The notes under the pieces are model-generated. The model ran no database searches and was not told where the DNA came from. It saw nothing but the letters and a program-made list of their open reading frames with translations. From the IMG/VR virus record IMGVR_UViG_3300042756_000237: DNA of 44,850 nucleotides; one strand, 5' to 3'. Position 1 is the stretch's first letter. Each line of letters begins with the position of its first letter. Shown one piece after another: positions 16,401-24,422 of this stretch. A program made the position numbers and the translations under genes. Origin of the DNA: a virus.

Positions 16401-18590
16401 ATGGAATATCAAGAATTTTTACAAACAAAAGAAAAATCATTTATCGAAAGTGGTTTTGAAATTAAAGAATCCCAATTAAACACATTACTCAAAGACTTTC
16501 AAAAATATGCCGTGAAAACTGCATTGTCAAAAGGTCGATTTGCCTTGTTTTTTGATTGCGGATTAGGAAAAACATTTTGTCAATTGGAATGGGCAAACCA
16601 AGTAAGTAAAAAAACAGGGCAAAAGGTAATTATACTTGCTCCGCTTGCTGTTGTTGAACAAACTAAAAGAGAAAATGTTAAATTCAATATCGGCATAGAT
16701 TTCTTTGATATTGATAACTTTGAGCAACTTAAAAACATTGACACATCTATTTATTCAGGCGTTGTATTAGATGAGAGTAGCATTTTAAAAGGTCGGGATG
16801 GTAAGCTATCAAACTACATAATCGAAGCTTTTAAATCAACCCCGTATAAACTTTGTTGCACGGCTACACCAAGCCCAAACGACCACATGGAATTAGGGCA
16901 ACATTCTGAATTTTTGGGCGCAATGTCTTATTTGGAAATGCTTGCAATGTATTTCGTTCACGATGGAGGCGAAACAAGTAAATGGAGGTTGAGAAAACAC
17001 GCGCAAGATCCATTTTGGAAATACGTATCGAGTTGGTCAATGGCAATCGATAATCCGGCAACACTCGGATTCGATGGCGATGGTTATTTTTTACCTGAAA
17101 TCGAATACATTGAACATATTATTCCGGTTCAAAATGATAGTGGAAATTTGTTTGGTGATGTATCAGTAAGCGCAACCGATTTACACAAAGATTTAAGTAA
17201 GTCATTTAATTTACGTATTCAAAAAACAGTTGAGTTAGTAAATTCAAACGAAAATCAATGGATTGTTTGGGGATTAAAAAATGACGAAACAGATGCGATT
17301 TGTAAATTATTGCCCGATTCTAAAAACGTTCAGGGTTCGGATAAACCGGAAATAAAAGCCAAAAATTTAAACGATTTCGGAGATTCTGAATTTAAAACAT
17401 TGATTACAAAGACCTCAATTGCATCATTCGGGATGAACTACCAACAATGCAATCAAATGGTTTTTATGTCTTATGATTTTAAGTTTGAGGCATTTTATCA
17501 AGCTGTAAGACGTTGTTACAGGTTTGGGCAAAAGAACAAAGTAACCGTACATATTTTGGTGCCGGAAAGTCAAATAAATGTACGTGCCACAATTTTAGAA
17601 AAGGAAAAACAGCATTTTGAAAGAATATCCGAAATGTCGAAATATTCCACAGAAACTAATTACAAAAAATCTAAATCAAAATTTACCGTGAAAAGCAAAG
17701 AAGTAAAAACAGAAGATTACCATTTATTAAACGGTGATTGCGTGCAGGAATCAAAAAAAATAGCTGACAATTCAGCCGGATTGTGTGTTTTTAGCCCTCC
17801 ATTCGCTGAACTTTATGTATATTCAGATAAAGCGGAAGATATGGGAAACGTAGCCAACTACAAGCAATTTGAGCAGCATTTTAAATTCTTAATCCCGGAA
17901 ATAAAAAGGATTTTGCAGCCGGGCAGAATTTGCGCTATTCATTGTATGGATTTACCAATTCAAAAAGGAAAAGAGGGCTATATCGGGCTTCGTGATTTTT
18001 CTGGAATGTTGATTGATTGGTTTCAAGAACAAGGATTTGTTTACCATTCGCGCACAACAATTTGGAAAAATCCGGTTACTGAAATGCAACGGACAAAAGC
18101 ACTCGGATTGCTTCATAAAACCATAAAAAAAGACAGTTCAATGTCGCGCGTTGGGATTCCTGATTATGTTCTATTTTTCCGAAATGAGGGCGAAAATTTA
18201 ACACCTATTGAGCACCAAGACAAAGACCATAATAAACCCAATTATTTGCCTGTTGATTTGTGGCAAAAGTACGCTTCTCCCGTATGGTTGGATATTGATT
18301 ATGGCAGAACTTTGCAATATCGTTCCGGGCGTGGTGGGAATGATGAAAAGCACATTTGCCCGTTACAACTCGATACGATTGAAAGGGTAATTCATCTTTA
18401 TTCAAATGAGGGTGAAACCGTTTTTAGTCCGTTTGGAGGTATTGGAAGCGAGGGTTTTCAGGCTATAAAAATGAACAGAAAATCAATTTCAATTGAACTC
18501 AAAGAATCGTATTTTACGATAAATGAGAAAAATCACTGCGATATTGTCAATGAGAAATCGGCAACTTTAACACTTCAATTTCCCGATTAA
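16401..18590 (+). CDS. SNF2-like helicase fused to a beta-class N4/N6 DNA methyltransferase
   Basis: N-terminal half: FFDCGLGKT, VLDESSILK, CCTATPSPND and helicase-C QAVRRCYRFGQ. C-terminal half: motif IV FSPPF comes before motif I FSPFGGIGSEG. The ATG at 16401 lies inside the TTG-initiated ORF 16377. Confidence 0.8.
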   Translation: MEYQEFLQTKEKSFIESGFEIKESQLNTLLKDFQKYAVKTALSKGRFALFFDCGLGKTFCQLEWANQVSKKTGQKVIILAPLAVVEQTKRENVKFNIGIDFFDIDNFEQLKNIDTSIYSGVVLDESSILKGRDGKLSNYIIEAFKSTPYKLCCTATPSPNDHMELGQHSEFLGAMSYLEMLAMYFVHDGGETSKWRLRKHAQDPFWKYVSSWSMAIDNPATLGFDGDGYFLPEIEYIEHIIPVQNDSGNLFGDVSVSATDLHKDLSKSFNLRIQKTVELVNSNENQWIVWGLKNDETDAICKLLPDSKNVQGSDKPEIKAKNLNDFGDSEFKTLITKTSIASFGMNYQQCNQMVFMSYDFKFEAFYQAVRRCYRFGQKNKVTVHILVPESQINVRATILEKEKQHFERISEMSKYSTETNYKKSKSKFTVKSKEVKTEDYHLLNGDCVQESKKIADNSAGLCVFSPPFAELYVYSDKAEDMGNVANYKQFEQHFKFLIPEIKRILQPGRICAIHCMDLPIQKGKEGYIGLRDFSGMLIDWFQEQGFVYHSRTTIWKNPVTEMQRTKALGLLHKTIKKDSSMSRVGIPDYVLFFRNEGENLTPIEHQDKDHNKPNYLPVDLWQKYASPVWLDIDYGRTLQYRSGRGGNDEKHICPLQLDTIERVIHLYSNEGETVFSPFGGIGSEGFQAIKMNRKSISIELKESYFTINEKNHCDIVNEKSATLTLQFPD

Positions 18591-18613
18591 GTTGAACAAA
18601 CAAAACTTGAATT

Positions 18614-19852
18614 ATGACAATAGCAAGCGATTTTAGCGGAGTAGGGGCTTTTAATCAGGCTTTAATTCGATTAGGCATTGAATATGATGAAGTATTTGCT
18701 TGTGAAATGGATAAGTTTGCCCGGAAGTCATTTATTGCGAATTACGGTGAACCAAAATATTTCCCTACCGATGTTTACGAACGTGAAATACCCGTTCAAA
18801 ACCTTGATGTTTACGTAACTTCGCCACCTTGTCAGTCGTTTTCGATTGCCGGAAAAAGACAAGGTAAACTTGATAAACGCGGAATCTTGTTTTTCAATTC
18901 ACATGAATTTATTCAGGTAAATAAACCCCGATTTTTCATCTTTGAAAACGTCAAGGGCTTGCTTTCACATGACAGACAAAACAAAGATGCTGCATACGGT
19001 AGAACATTTCAGGAATGGATTAATTTACTTGGTGGAAAATCGGTTAACGGTGTGCCTGTAATATTTCCTGATGCCGATTCCATACCTTATCACATTTATT
19101 TCAAAGTTTTGAACGGAACGGATTTCAATGTGCCTCAAAATCGGGAGCGTGTTTTTATCGTTGGTATTCGGGATGATGAAGATAATTCATTCTCCTGGCC
19201 CTGTGAGATTCCGTTGACCAAATGTTTAACTGATGTTTTGGAAGTGAATCCGGATAAGAAGTATAATTTGAGTGAGAAAATGATTGACTACTTACTAAAT
19301 CGTTCGGATAATTTCAATGGTGGTAAGGTTAATTTTAAAAGCAAAAAAGACATTGCGAGCTGCTTAAATAAATCGTCAGGGCATTTAGATATATCGGATA
19401 ATATTTTGCTTTTAGGCAATACAAATCCGTCTGGCAACGGTCAAAATGGAAATGTTTATTCAAGCGATGGAATTAGCCCAACACTATCAACAAACAAAGG
19501 TGAGGGGATAAAGATAATACAGATGAACGAAGCAAAAGAATTTGGTAGCCAACCGCGACAACATAACCGGGTATATGATTCAATTGGAATAGTGCCAACA
19601 CTAACCAAAGGAAACGCGGATGCAAATATCTACACAAACCAAGTCCTCCGCAAACTAACGCCTCTCGAATCATTCCGTTTGATGGATTTTCCTGATTCGT
19701 TTGTAGATAATTGTATCACTACCGGAATATCCGATTCTCAACTCTACAAACAAGCAGGGAACAGCGTAATTGTCGCCTGCTACGAAAAGATAATGCAACA
19801 GATTTTGAAAATTATAAATAACACACCTAAACCAATTGCCATTCCAAAATAA
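18614..19852 (+). CDS. dcm: DNA (cytosine-5)-methyltransferase
   Basis: Motif I DFSGVGAF, motif IV TSPPCQSFSIAG, motif VI ENVKGL, motif VIII QNRERVFIVG, motif X GNSV. Confidence 0.9.
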   Translation: MTIASDFSGVGAFNQALIRLGIEYDEVFACEMDKFARKSFIANYGEPKYFPTDVYEREIPVQNLDVYVTSPPCQSFSIAGKRQGKLDKRGILFFNSHEFIQVNKPRFFIFENVKGLLSHDRQNKDAAYGRTFQEWINLLGGKSVNGVPVIFPDADSIPYHIYFKVLNGTDFNVPQNRERVFIVGIRDDEDNSFSWPCEIPLTKCLTDVLEVNPDKKYNLSEKMIDYLLNRSDNFNGGKVNFKSKKDIASCLNKSSGHLDISDNILLLGNTNPSGNGQNGNVYSSDGISPTLSTNKGEGIKIIQMNEAKEFGSQPRQHNRVYDSIGIVPTLTKGNADANIYTNQVLRKLTPLESFRLMDFPDSFVDNCITTGISDSQLYKQAGNSVIVACYEKIMQQILKIINNTPKPIAIPK

Positions 19853-19856
19853 TTAG

Positions 19857-19864
19857 TATATTTG
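19857..19864 (+). promoter_or_regulatory. -7 box TATATTTG inside the second copy of TTAGTATATTTGTA
   Basis: Exact 14-nt repeat of 16283-16296. Confidence 0.55.
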
Positions 19865-20018
19865 TAAACGGGTTAGCACCCAAAACAAACATCATGCAAA
19901 AAGAAAATCACATATTATTAATATTACCCAGCGAGGTAGAAAATTTGAATGAGGCTTGTTTGTGCCTGTGCTAACATTTGAATTTTTTATTTTCGTTGGG
20001 TATTTTTTATTTTAGCTT

Positions 20019-20810
20019 ATGCCGGAAATTTATTTTAAAGCATTCATTCGAGTTGTTAAATCAATTGCAGCTAAGGATGATCATCACACAGGACTTGATA
20101 CGGTTGAGGTTATTAGAGAGCCTTTAATTGTCGCTGAATCAAAAGATATGGTTAAGCAAATTTTACTTGAAAAATACCCTCAATTCTTTCAAAATGGAAA
20201 GGTTTATGAAAAGGAAACCAAAAACGATAAAGCGCAATTTTTTTACGTTGTGATATTTCCGTTGTATCAATACGAATTAGACGAAATAAATGAGGGCGAA
20301 TGGAAATGCGATTATTGCGGTCATGTACACCAAAACAAATATATTTCAAGACCCTTAAAAAGCCAAAAGTTTGAAGGAAAAATATTTTGTGGCAATGATT
20401 ACAAAACCGGAAATGACATAGTTACATTACCTGATTGTTACGAAAATTTTAAACGCAGTTACTTTAAAAATGTAGATTTTCCTGATGATTTGAATTACAT
20501 AAATGCAGATAGTCCGGTTTATATTTACAAGATTACCGAAAAATCAACAGCTAAATGTTATGTGGGTAAAACTAAAAACGCACCGTTCTTTCGTTGGTGG
20601 AACCATTTAAAACACAGTAAAACACCGTTTGGCTTATACATTAGAGCGACAAAGTTAAGCGGTTGGAGTTTTGAGGTTTTGGAAGAGCTACCAAGTAATA
20701 TTTCAGACACCGAAGTATTTTCGATTGAATCAAAGTACATACGTGAATTTAATTCGATTGAAAACGGATATAATTCAGTAATAAGCAATAAAAATGAGCG
20801 GTTGGATTAA
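20019..20810 (+). CDS. GIY-YIG nuclease-domain protein with an N-terminal extension containing CxxC
   Basis: The C-terminal domain VYIYKI..KCYVGKT..R..H...E.KYIREF..ENGYN matches GIY-YIG. Confidence 0.7.
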   Translation: MPEIYFKAFIRVVKSIAAKDDHHTGLDTVEVIREPLIVAESKDMVKQILLEKYPQFFQNGKVYEKETKNDKAQFFYVVIFPLYQYELDEINEGEWKCDYCGHVHQNKYISRPLKSQKFEGKIFCGNDYKTGNDIVTLPDCYENFKRSYFKNVDFPDDLNYINADSPVYIYKITEKSTAKCYVGKTKNAPFFRWWNHLKHSKTPFGLYIRATKLSGWSFEVLEELPSNISDTEVFSIESKYIREFNSIENGYNSVISNKNERLD

Positions 20811-21603
20811 GTTACATAGGTCTCTTTTAAAGTGGGAATGGTGGGACGACCATAACACAACCCGACTACTCATTTATTTACTTGTAGCGGTCAACTATGA
20901 GCAAAAAAAATGGAGGGGAATGATAATCAACAAAGGTCAGTTATTTACGAGTTGGGAACACCTTTCAAATGAAACGGGCTTATCCGTGAAGCAATTAAGA
21001 AATTCAACTAAAAAATTAGAAGATTGTAAAGAAGTGGTAAGGAAGGGGCAAGCAAACGGGCAGCTTATAACCCTTGTAAAATGGGATAAACTGCAAGAAG
21101 ATGAAAAGCAAGGGGCAAGCAAAAGGGCAAGCGAGGGGCAAGCGAGGGGCAAGCGAGGGGCAAGCAAAAGGGCAACAACTAAAGAAGATAAAGAAATAGA
21201 AGAATTAAAAGAAGATAATAATATTTTACCCGAAATTTCGATTTCGGGAGTAATTCCTTCTTCTGAAAAATTCGACTTTAAAAAATCCCTTATCGAACTC
21301 GGAGTTGAAGATCAGGTTGCATCGGATTGGATGGAAGTGCGAAAAAAGAAAAAGGCAGCCAATACGCTAACGGCATTCAAAACCATAAAAAACGAAATTG
21401 AAAAATCAGGATTGACAGCAAATGAATGTATTGCGCGAGCCGCTGGCGGAAGTTGGGCAGGATTTAAAGCGGAATGGGTAAAAATTAATAATCAAAACAA
21501 TGGAACAATCACAAGAAAACAAACAGTTGACGACATACTCCGAGATCAAATCAAAGGAGTTTCAGACAGACTTGATAGGGAAATTAGCGAGCAAGGGAAT
21601 TAA
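20794..21603 (+). CDS. Putative replication initiator / replisome organiser (N-terminal wHTH)
   Basis: The N-terminus WIKLHRSLLKWEWWDD...KGQLFTSWEHLSNETGLSVKQLR is typical of phage replication-protein N-domains. The gene carries internal iterons. Confidence 0.55.
   Translation: MSGWIKLHRSLLKWEWWDDHNTTRLLIYLLVAVNYEQKKWRGMIINKGQLFTSWEHLSNETGLSVKQLRNSTKKLEDCKEVVRKGQANGQLITLVKWDKLQEDEKQGASKRASEGQARGKRGASKRATTKEDKEIEELKEDNNILPEISISGVIPSSEKFDFKKSLIELGVEDQVASDWMEVRKKKKAANTLTAFKTIKNEIEKSGLTANECIARAAGGSWAGFKAEWVKINNQNNGTITRKQTVDDILRDQIKGVSDRLDREISEQGN
21045..21176 (+). repeat. Iteron array: 7 copies of GGGCAAGC, including 3 tandem GGGGCAAGCGA
   Basis: Direct read: ggggcaagcaaac gggcagc ... ggggcaagcaaaa gggcaagcga ggggcaagcga ggggcaagcga ggggcaagcaaaa gggcaac. 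Confidence 0.85.
21229..21248 (+). promoter_or_regulatory. Perfect palindrome cccgaaat-ttcg-atttcggg after an AT-rich stretch (ori-associated)
   Basis: 8-bp arms. The preceding 21177-21228 is A/T-rich (aaagaagataaagaaatagaagaattaaaagaagataataatatttta). Confidence 0.6.
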
Positions 21604-22315
21604 CATTGTTGCAGCGGATTTCCAAAATTTTTCAGATGTTCGAATTTCAGATAAGCTCGATCAAAAAAAATGTGCCGTTGAAGTTTTTGAGATATTACGG
21701 GATGCTTGTATTCTGTTTTACGGAATTTACGCAGCCTCAATTCCTGAAATAGTTTTAGACAAAGCTGTATCGGAAATCCGAAAAAAGTTTTTTCAATTGA
21801 CAATTCAGGAACTAAAATATTGCTTTGAACGAATTGAAATCGAAAGAAGAGTTACCATTACCGTTGCTGATTTACTATCACCAATTCAGCGGTATGTTTC
21901 GGCTCAGGAATTTAAAAACAGGGAAATAAGTAAAATTCAGGATGAAGAAATGAAAAAGCAGGAAGGTTTGATTTTAGCGCAAGAATTTATTAATGAAAAC
22001 TTGAAAAAATACCAAGAGTGCCTAATTCAATCAACTGAATTTACCGAAAGAATAAGAGCCATAAACCTTGTTCGTAACAGTAATTTAGCGTCAAAAATTG
22101 AAGACCCACTAAAATCAATTCTTTGGAATGAATCAAAAATAGAATTGGAAAAAATAAGGGAGTCAATGGAGTGTGACGCGAGTTTGATTTTTCAATACAC
22201 AGACTTAAATCGAGAAAACAAAGATGCCCGAAAACACATTTACGCTTTGAAGCTTGTAAATGAGTGCCTGAAACGAAAAATTGAAATAGAATTAATCAAC
22301 ACTAAAACCCAATAA
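21500..22315 (+). CDS. Hypothetical protein; overlaps the upstream gene by 104 nt
   Basis: 271-aa ORF. The only in-frame ATG near the 5' end is 21500. Confidence 0.6.
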   Translation: MEQSQENKQLTTYSEIKSKEFQTDLIGKLASKGINIVAADFQNFSDVRISDKLDQKKCAVEVFEILRDACILFYGIYAASIPEIVLDKAVSEIRKKFFQLTIQELKYCFERIEIERRVTITVADLLSPIQRYVSAQEFKNREISKIQDEEMKKQEGLILAQEFINENLKKYQECLIQSTEFTERIRAINLVRNSNLASKIEDPLKSILWNESKIELEKIRESMECDASLIFQYTDLNRENKDARKHIYALKLVNECLKRKIEIELINTKTQ

Positions 22316-22317
22316 TT

Positions 22318-22479
22318 GTGACTAACCGAAAATCAAAAGTAAAGGCAATTAGCCTTAAAGCAGAGATAGCCGACAAAGTGGATTTATACGCTAAAAAAGA
22401 AAATCGAACGGTAAGTAATTTTGTCGAAACTGTTTTGATAGATTATTTTTCAAACAACCCATTGCCAAACCAAAAATAA
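22318..22479 (+). CDS. Ribbon-helix-helix (CopG/Arc-like) protein, 53 aa, GTG start (not in the ORF track)
   Basis: Hand translation gives VTNRKSKVKAISLKAEIADKVDLYAKKENRTVSNFVETVLIDYFSNNPLPNQK, which has a beta-strand then two-helix RHH pattern. Confidence 0.55.
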   Translation: MTNRKSKVKAISLKAEIADKVDLYAKKENRTVSNFVETVLIDYFSNNPLPNQK

Positions 22480-22483
22480 TACG

Positions 22484-22565
22484 TAGGTTTGTGCAATTAG
22501 TACGGCACAAATAAAGATTTTTTAATAGGAAGTTTAAATCACTGCATTCTTACGTCGTACTAATT
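22484..22565 (+). promoter_or_regulatory. Promoter-like TAGGTTTG box overlapping a hairpin, plus a 10-bp inverted repeat
   Basis: Hairpin tttgtgc (22488-94) with gcacaaa (22505-11). AATTAGTACG (22495-22504) is the reverse complement of CGTACTAATT (22556-22565). Confidence 0.5.
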
Positions 22566-22584
22566 TTGCGGTGACTTCCTTTTT

Positions 22585-23232
22585 ATGTACGACAAAATGA
22601 ATAAATTAACACAAGAACTAACTAGACAATTTAATGTCCATATGTTTGATTTTCTAATTGGAAGAAGACATATGAAACGCGAAATAACTGAACTATTCAA
22701 CTCTCTTCTTATGAAAATACACAGGACAGAGGTGGCGATATGTGGGTATGTCAAAAGAGATATAAGCCAAAGAGCCGATAAGTACAGGATATCCATAGAA
22801 AATGAAAATATCGAACTATCTTTTTCCATAAATAAAAACCTAACATCTGTTTTAGAGTTTCGATTTATAGAAACTAAAAAGTGCCTTTTTCAGGATAATT
22901 TTATAGAAAGACATGTTGATCTACAAAGAGATAAATACGTTTACTTTCTAAAATCCGACTTTGGATTTAAGATAGGAAAAACAAAAGATTTATCGAAAAG
23001 AAAAAACATTTTTGACGTTAGGCTTCCTTTTAAAACAGAGGTTTACGCATATATTTTAACTAAAAAAATGAATGAGTGCGAGCTGTTTTTTCACGACATA
23101 CTAAAGGAAAGAAGGATAAATGGCGAGTGGTTTGATTTGACAGAAAAAGATTTTATTACAATACAAGCCCTATCAAGGGAGTGGGGTAAGTTTATAAAAT
23201 ACACTCCAAAAAAAGAACATGAACAACTTTAA
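22585..23232 (+). CDS. T5orf172 (MUG113, GIY-YIG-superfamily) domain protein
   Basis: C-terminal YVYFLKSDFGFKIGKTKDLSKR...ECELFFHDILKERRINGEWFDL matches the T5orf172 pattern. Confidence 0.7.
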   Translation: MYDKMNKLTQELTRQFNVHMFDFLIGRRHMKREITELFNSLLMKIHRTEVAICGYVKRDISQRADKYRISIENENIELSFSINKNLTSVLEFRFIETKKCLFQDNFIERHVDLQRDKYVYFLKSDFGFKIGKTKDLSKRKNIFDVRLPFKTEVYAYILTKKMNECELFFHDILKERRINGEWFDLTEKDFITIQALSREWGKFIKYTPKKEHEQL

Positions 23233-23599
23233 TTTAATAAACTTGAATATTATGGAAAAGAAAGTACAACAAAAATTTGCAAATGATGATGCAAAAATTT
23301 ATTTTGAACAAATCGAAAAGTTCAAAGAGCGAAAAAAGGCTATTGATGAAGAAATCAGCAAGTATAAAGCTTACTACATCGACCTGTTCAAGCCTTGTAA
23401 CGCCGGAGATACGGTTACAATTGAATTAGCTTCGGGTAAAATGGTAATCGGACAAGCGAAAACATTTGGAATCTTACAGGACAAAGGTGTTTATATCACT
23501 TGCTACAAGATAGCCAATAAACCTCATTATATTTCAGTTCCTCATGGTGAGGTGATTGTTTTAAAACAAGCGGAAAATGAAAGCACCACAAACCTATAA
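23219..23599 (+). CDS. Hypothetical protein (alternative start 23252)
   Basis: 126-aa ORF. Confidence 0.6.
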   Translation: MNNFNLINLNIMEKKVQQKFANDDAKIYFEQIEKFKERKKAIDEEISKYKAYYIDLFKPCNAGDTVTIELASGKMVIGQAKTFGILQDKGVYITCYKIANKPHYISVPHGEVIVLKQAENESTTNL

Positions 23600-23716
23600 A
23601 GAACTGTTTTGGTGCGCGGTCAAGGTTATTGCGGTAATCTTGGTGCTTAGTTTTGTTTTGCCCGTAGCAACTAAGGCTAAAATTTACTTTCATAATTATT
23701 ACTACAACAATAAATA
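23576..23716 (+). CDS. Small single-pass membrane protein (46 aa, not in the ORF track)
   Basis: Hand translation gives MKAPQTYKELFWCAVKVIAVILVLSFVLPVATKAKIYFHNYYYNNK. Confidence 0.4.
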
Positions 23717-23760
23717 AAGCCCAATCCGTTAGGGCATGGTGATAACGGAAATAAATTGCA

Positions 23761-23801
23761 AGCCCTCCCGAATACGTGTTCTTAGGGAGGGTTAATTTTT
23801 T
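23761..23801 (+). terminator. Intrinsic terminator
   Basis: ccctccc (23763-69) pairs with gggaggg (23785-91), followed by ttaatttttt. Confidence 0.75.
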
Positions 23802-23806
23802 GAGAT

Positions 23807-23938
23807 ATGAGCGGAGTAATGCCTTGGGAAGAAGAAAACGAATGCGAAGAATGTGGACTAAAAAACACCTCTTTAATTGATGGTTTGTGTATTCATTGCA
23901 CAGGCGAAAAAGAAATGATAGAAGAAGATTTTGGATAA
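23807..23938 (+). CDS. Small zinc-ribbon protein (43 aa, not in the ORF track)
   Basis: Hand translation gives MSGVMPWEEENECEECGLKNTSLIDGLCIHCTGEKEMIEEDFG, with CxxC..CxxC. Confidence 0.4.
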   Translation: MSGVMPWEEENECEECGLKNTSLIDGLCIHCTGEKEMIEEDFG

Positions 23939-23978
23939 ACAATAGTCTTTCGGTGTTGGGTTAACCGAGTGAAAGAGT

Positions 23979-24410
23979 ATGAATAATTGGTTTACAGTAA
24001 AAGTAAAGTACACAAAACAGCTTGAAAACGGAGCATTCAAACGGGTTTCAGAGCCTTATTTGTTAGCTGCAATGACATTCACCGATGCTGAAGCGCGGAT
24101 TTATGAAGAATTGGGTTCCGTAATTCGCGGTGAGTTTGTAGTAACGAATATTGCCCGTACGGATTTTCATGATATTTTCCATTATGGGGACAGCGATATT
24201 TGGTTTAAATGCAAAATATCCTACGATTCAAATGATGGCGATTCAGAGCGTAAAAAACGAATTTCGCAAAATTTCCTTGTTTCTGCACACACAGTTAAAG
24301 AAGCAAGCGAAAGACTTCTTGAATCCCTATCAACATTAATAGTAGATTTCAAAGTTAATTCAGTTATTGAAACAGCAATAGTTGATATTTTTCCCTTTAA
24401 TCAGGAATAA
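23979..24410 (+). CDS. DUF4494-like protein
   Basis: The N-terminus WFTVKVKYTKQLENGAFKRVSEPYLLAAMTFTDAEARIYEELG matches the family pattern as I remember it from Bacteroidota and their phages. Confidence 0.6.
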   Translation: MNNWFTVKVKYTKQLENGAFKRVSEPYLLAAMTFTDAEARIYEELGSVIRGEFVVTNIARTDFHDIFHYGDSDIWFKCKISYDSNDGDSERKKRISQNFLVSAHTVKEASERLLESLSTLIVDFKVNSVIETAIVDIFPFNQE

Positions 24411-24414
24411 TTCG

Positions 24415-24422
24415 TATCTTTG
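24415..24422 (+). promoter_or_regulatory. -7 box TATCTTTG heading the noncoding tRNA-like unit
   Basis: Matches TAnnTTTG. There is no ORF before the terminator at 24764. Confidence 0.5.

Noticed and set aside
21112-21176. Short tandem repeats that could be mistaken for a CRISPR mini-array
   Set aside because: The units are 10-13 bp with no spacers, and they lie in frame within a coding region. They are iterons or a coding repeat, not CRISPR.
24151-24339. 62-aa internal ORF in an alternate frame of the DUF4494-like gene (similarly 18208-18390, 35134-35346 and 8167-8373)
   Set aside because: Each is fully nested in a longer, motif-supported ORF, with no independent evidence.
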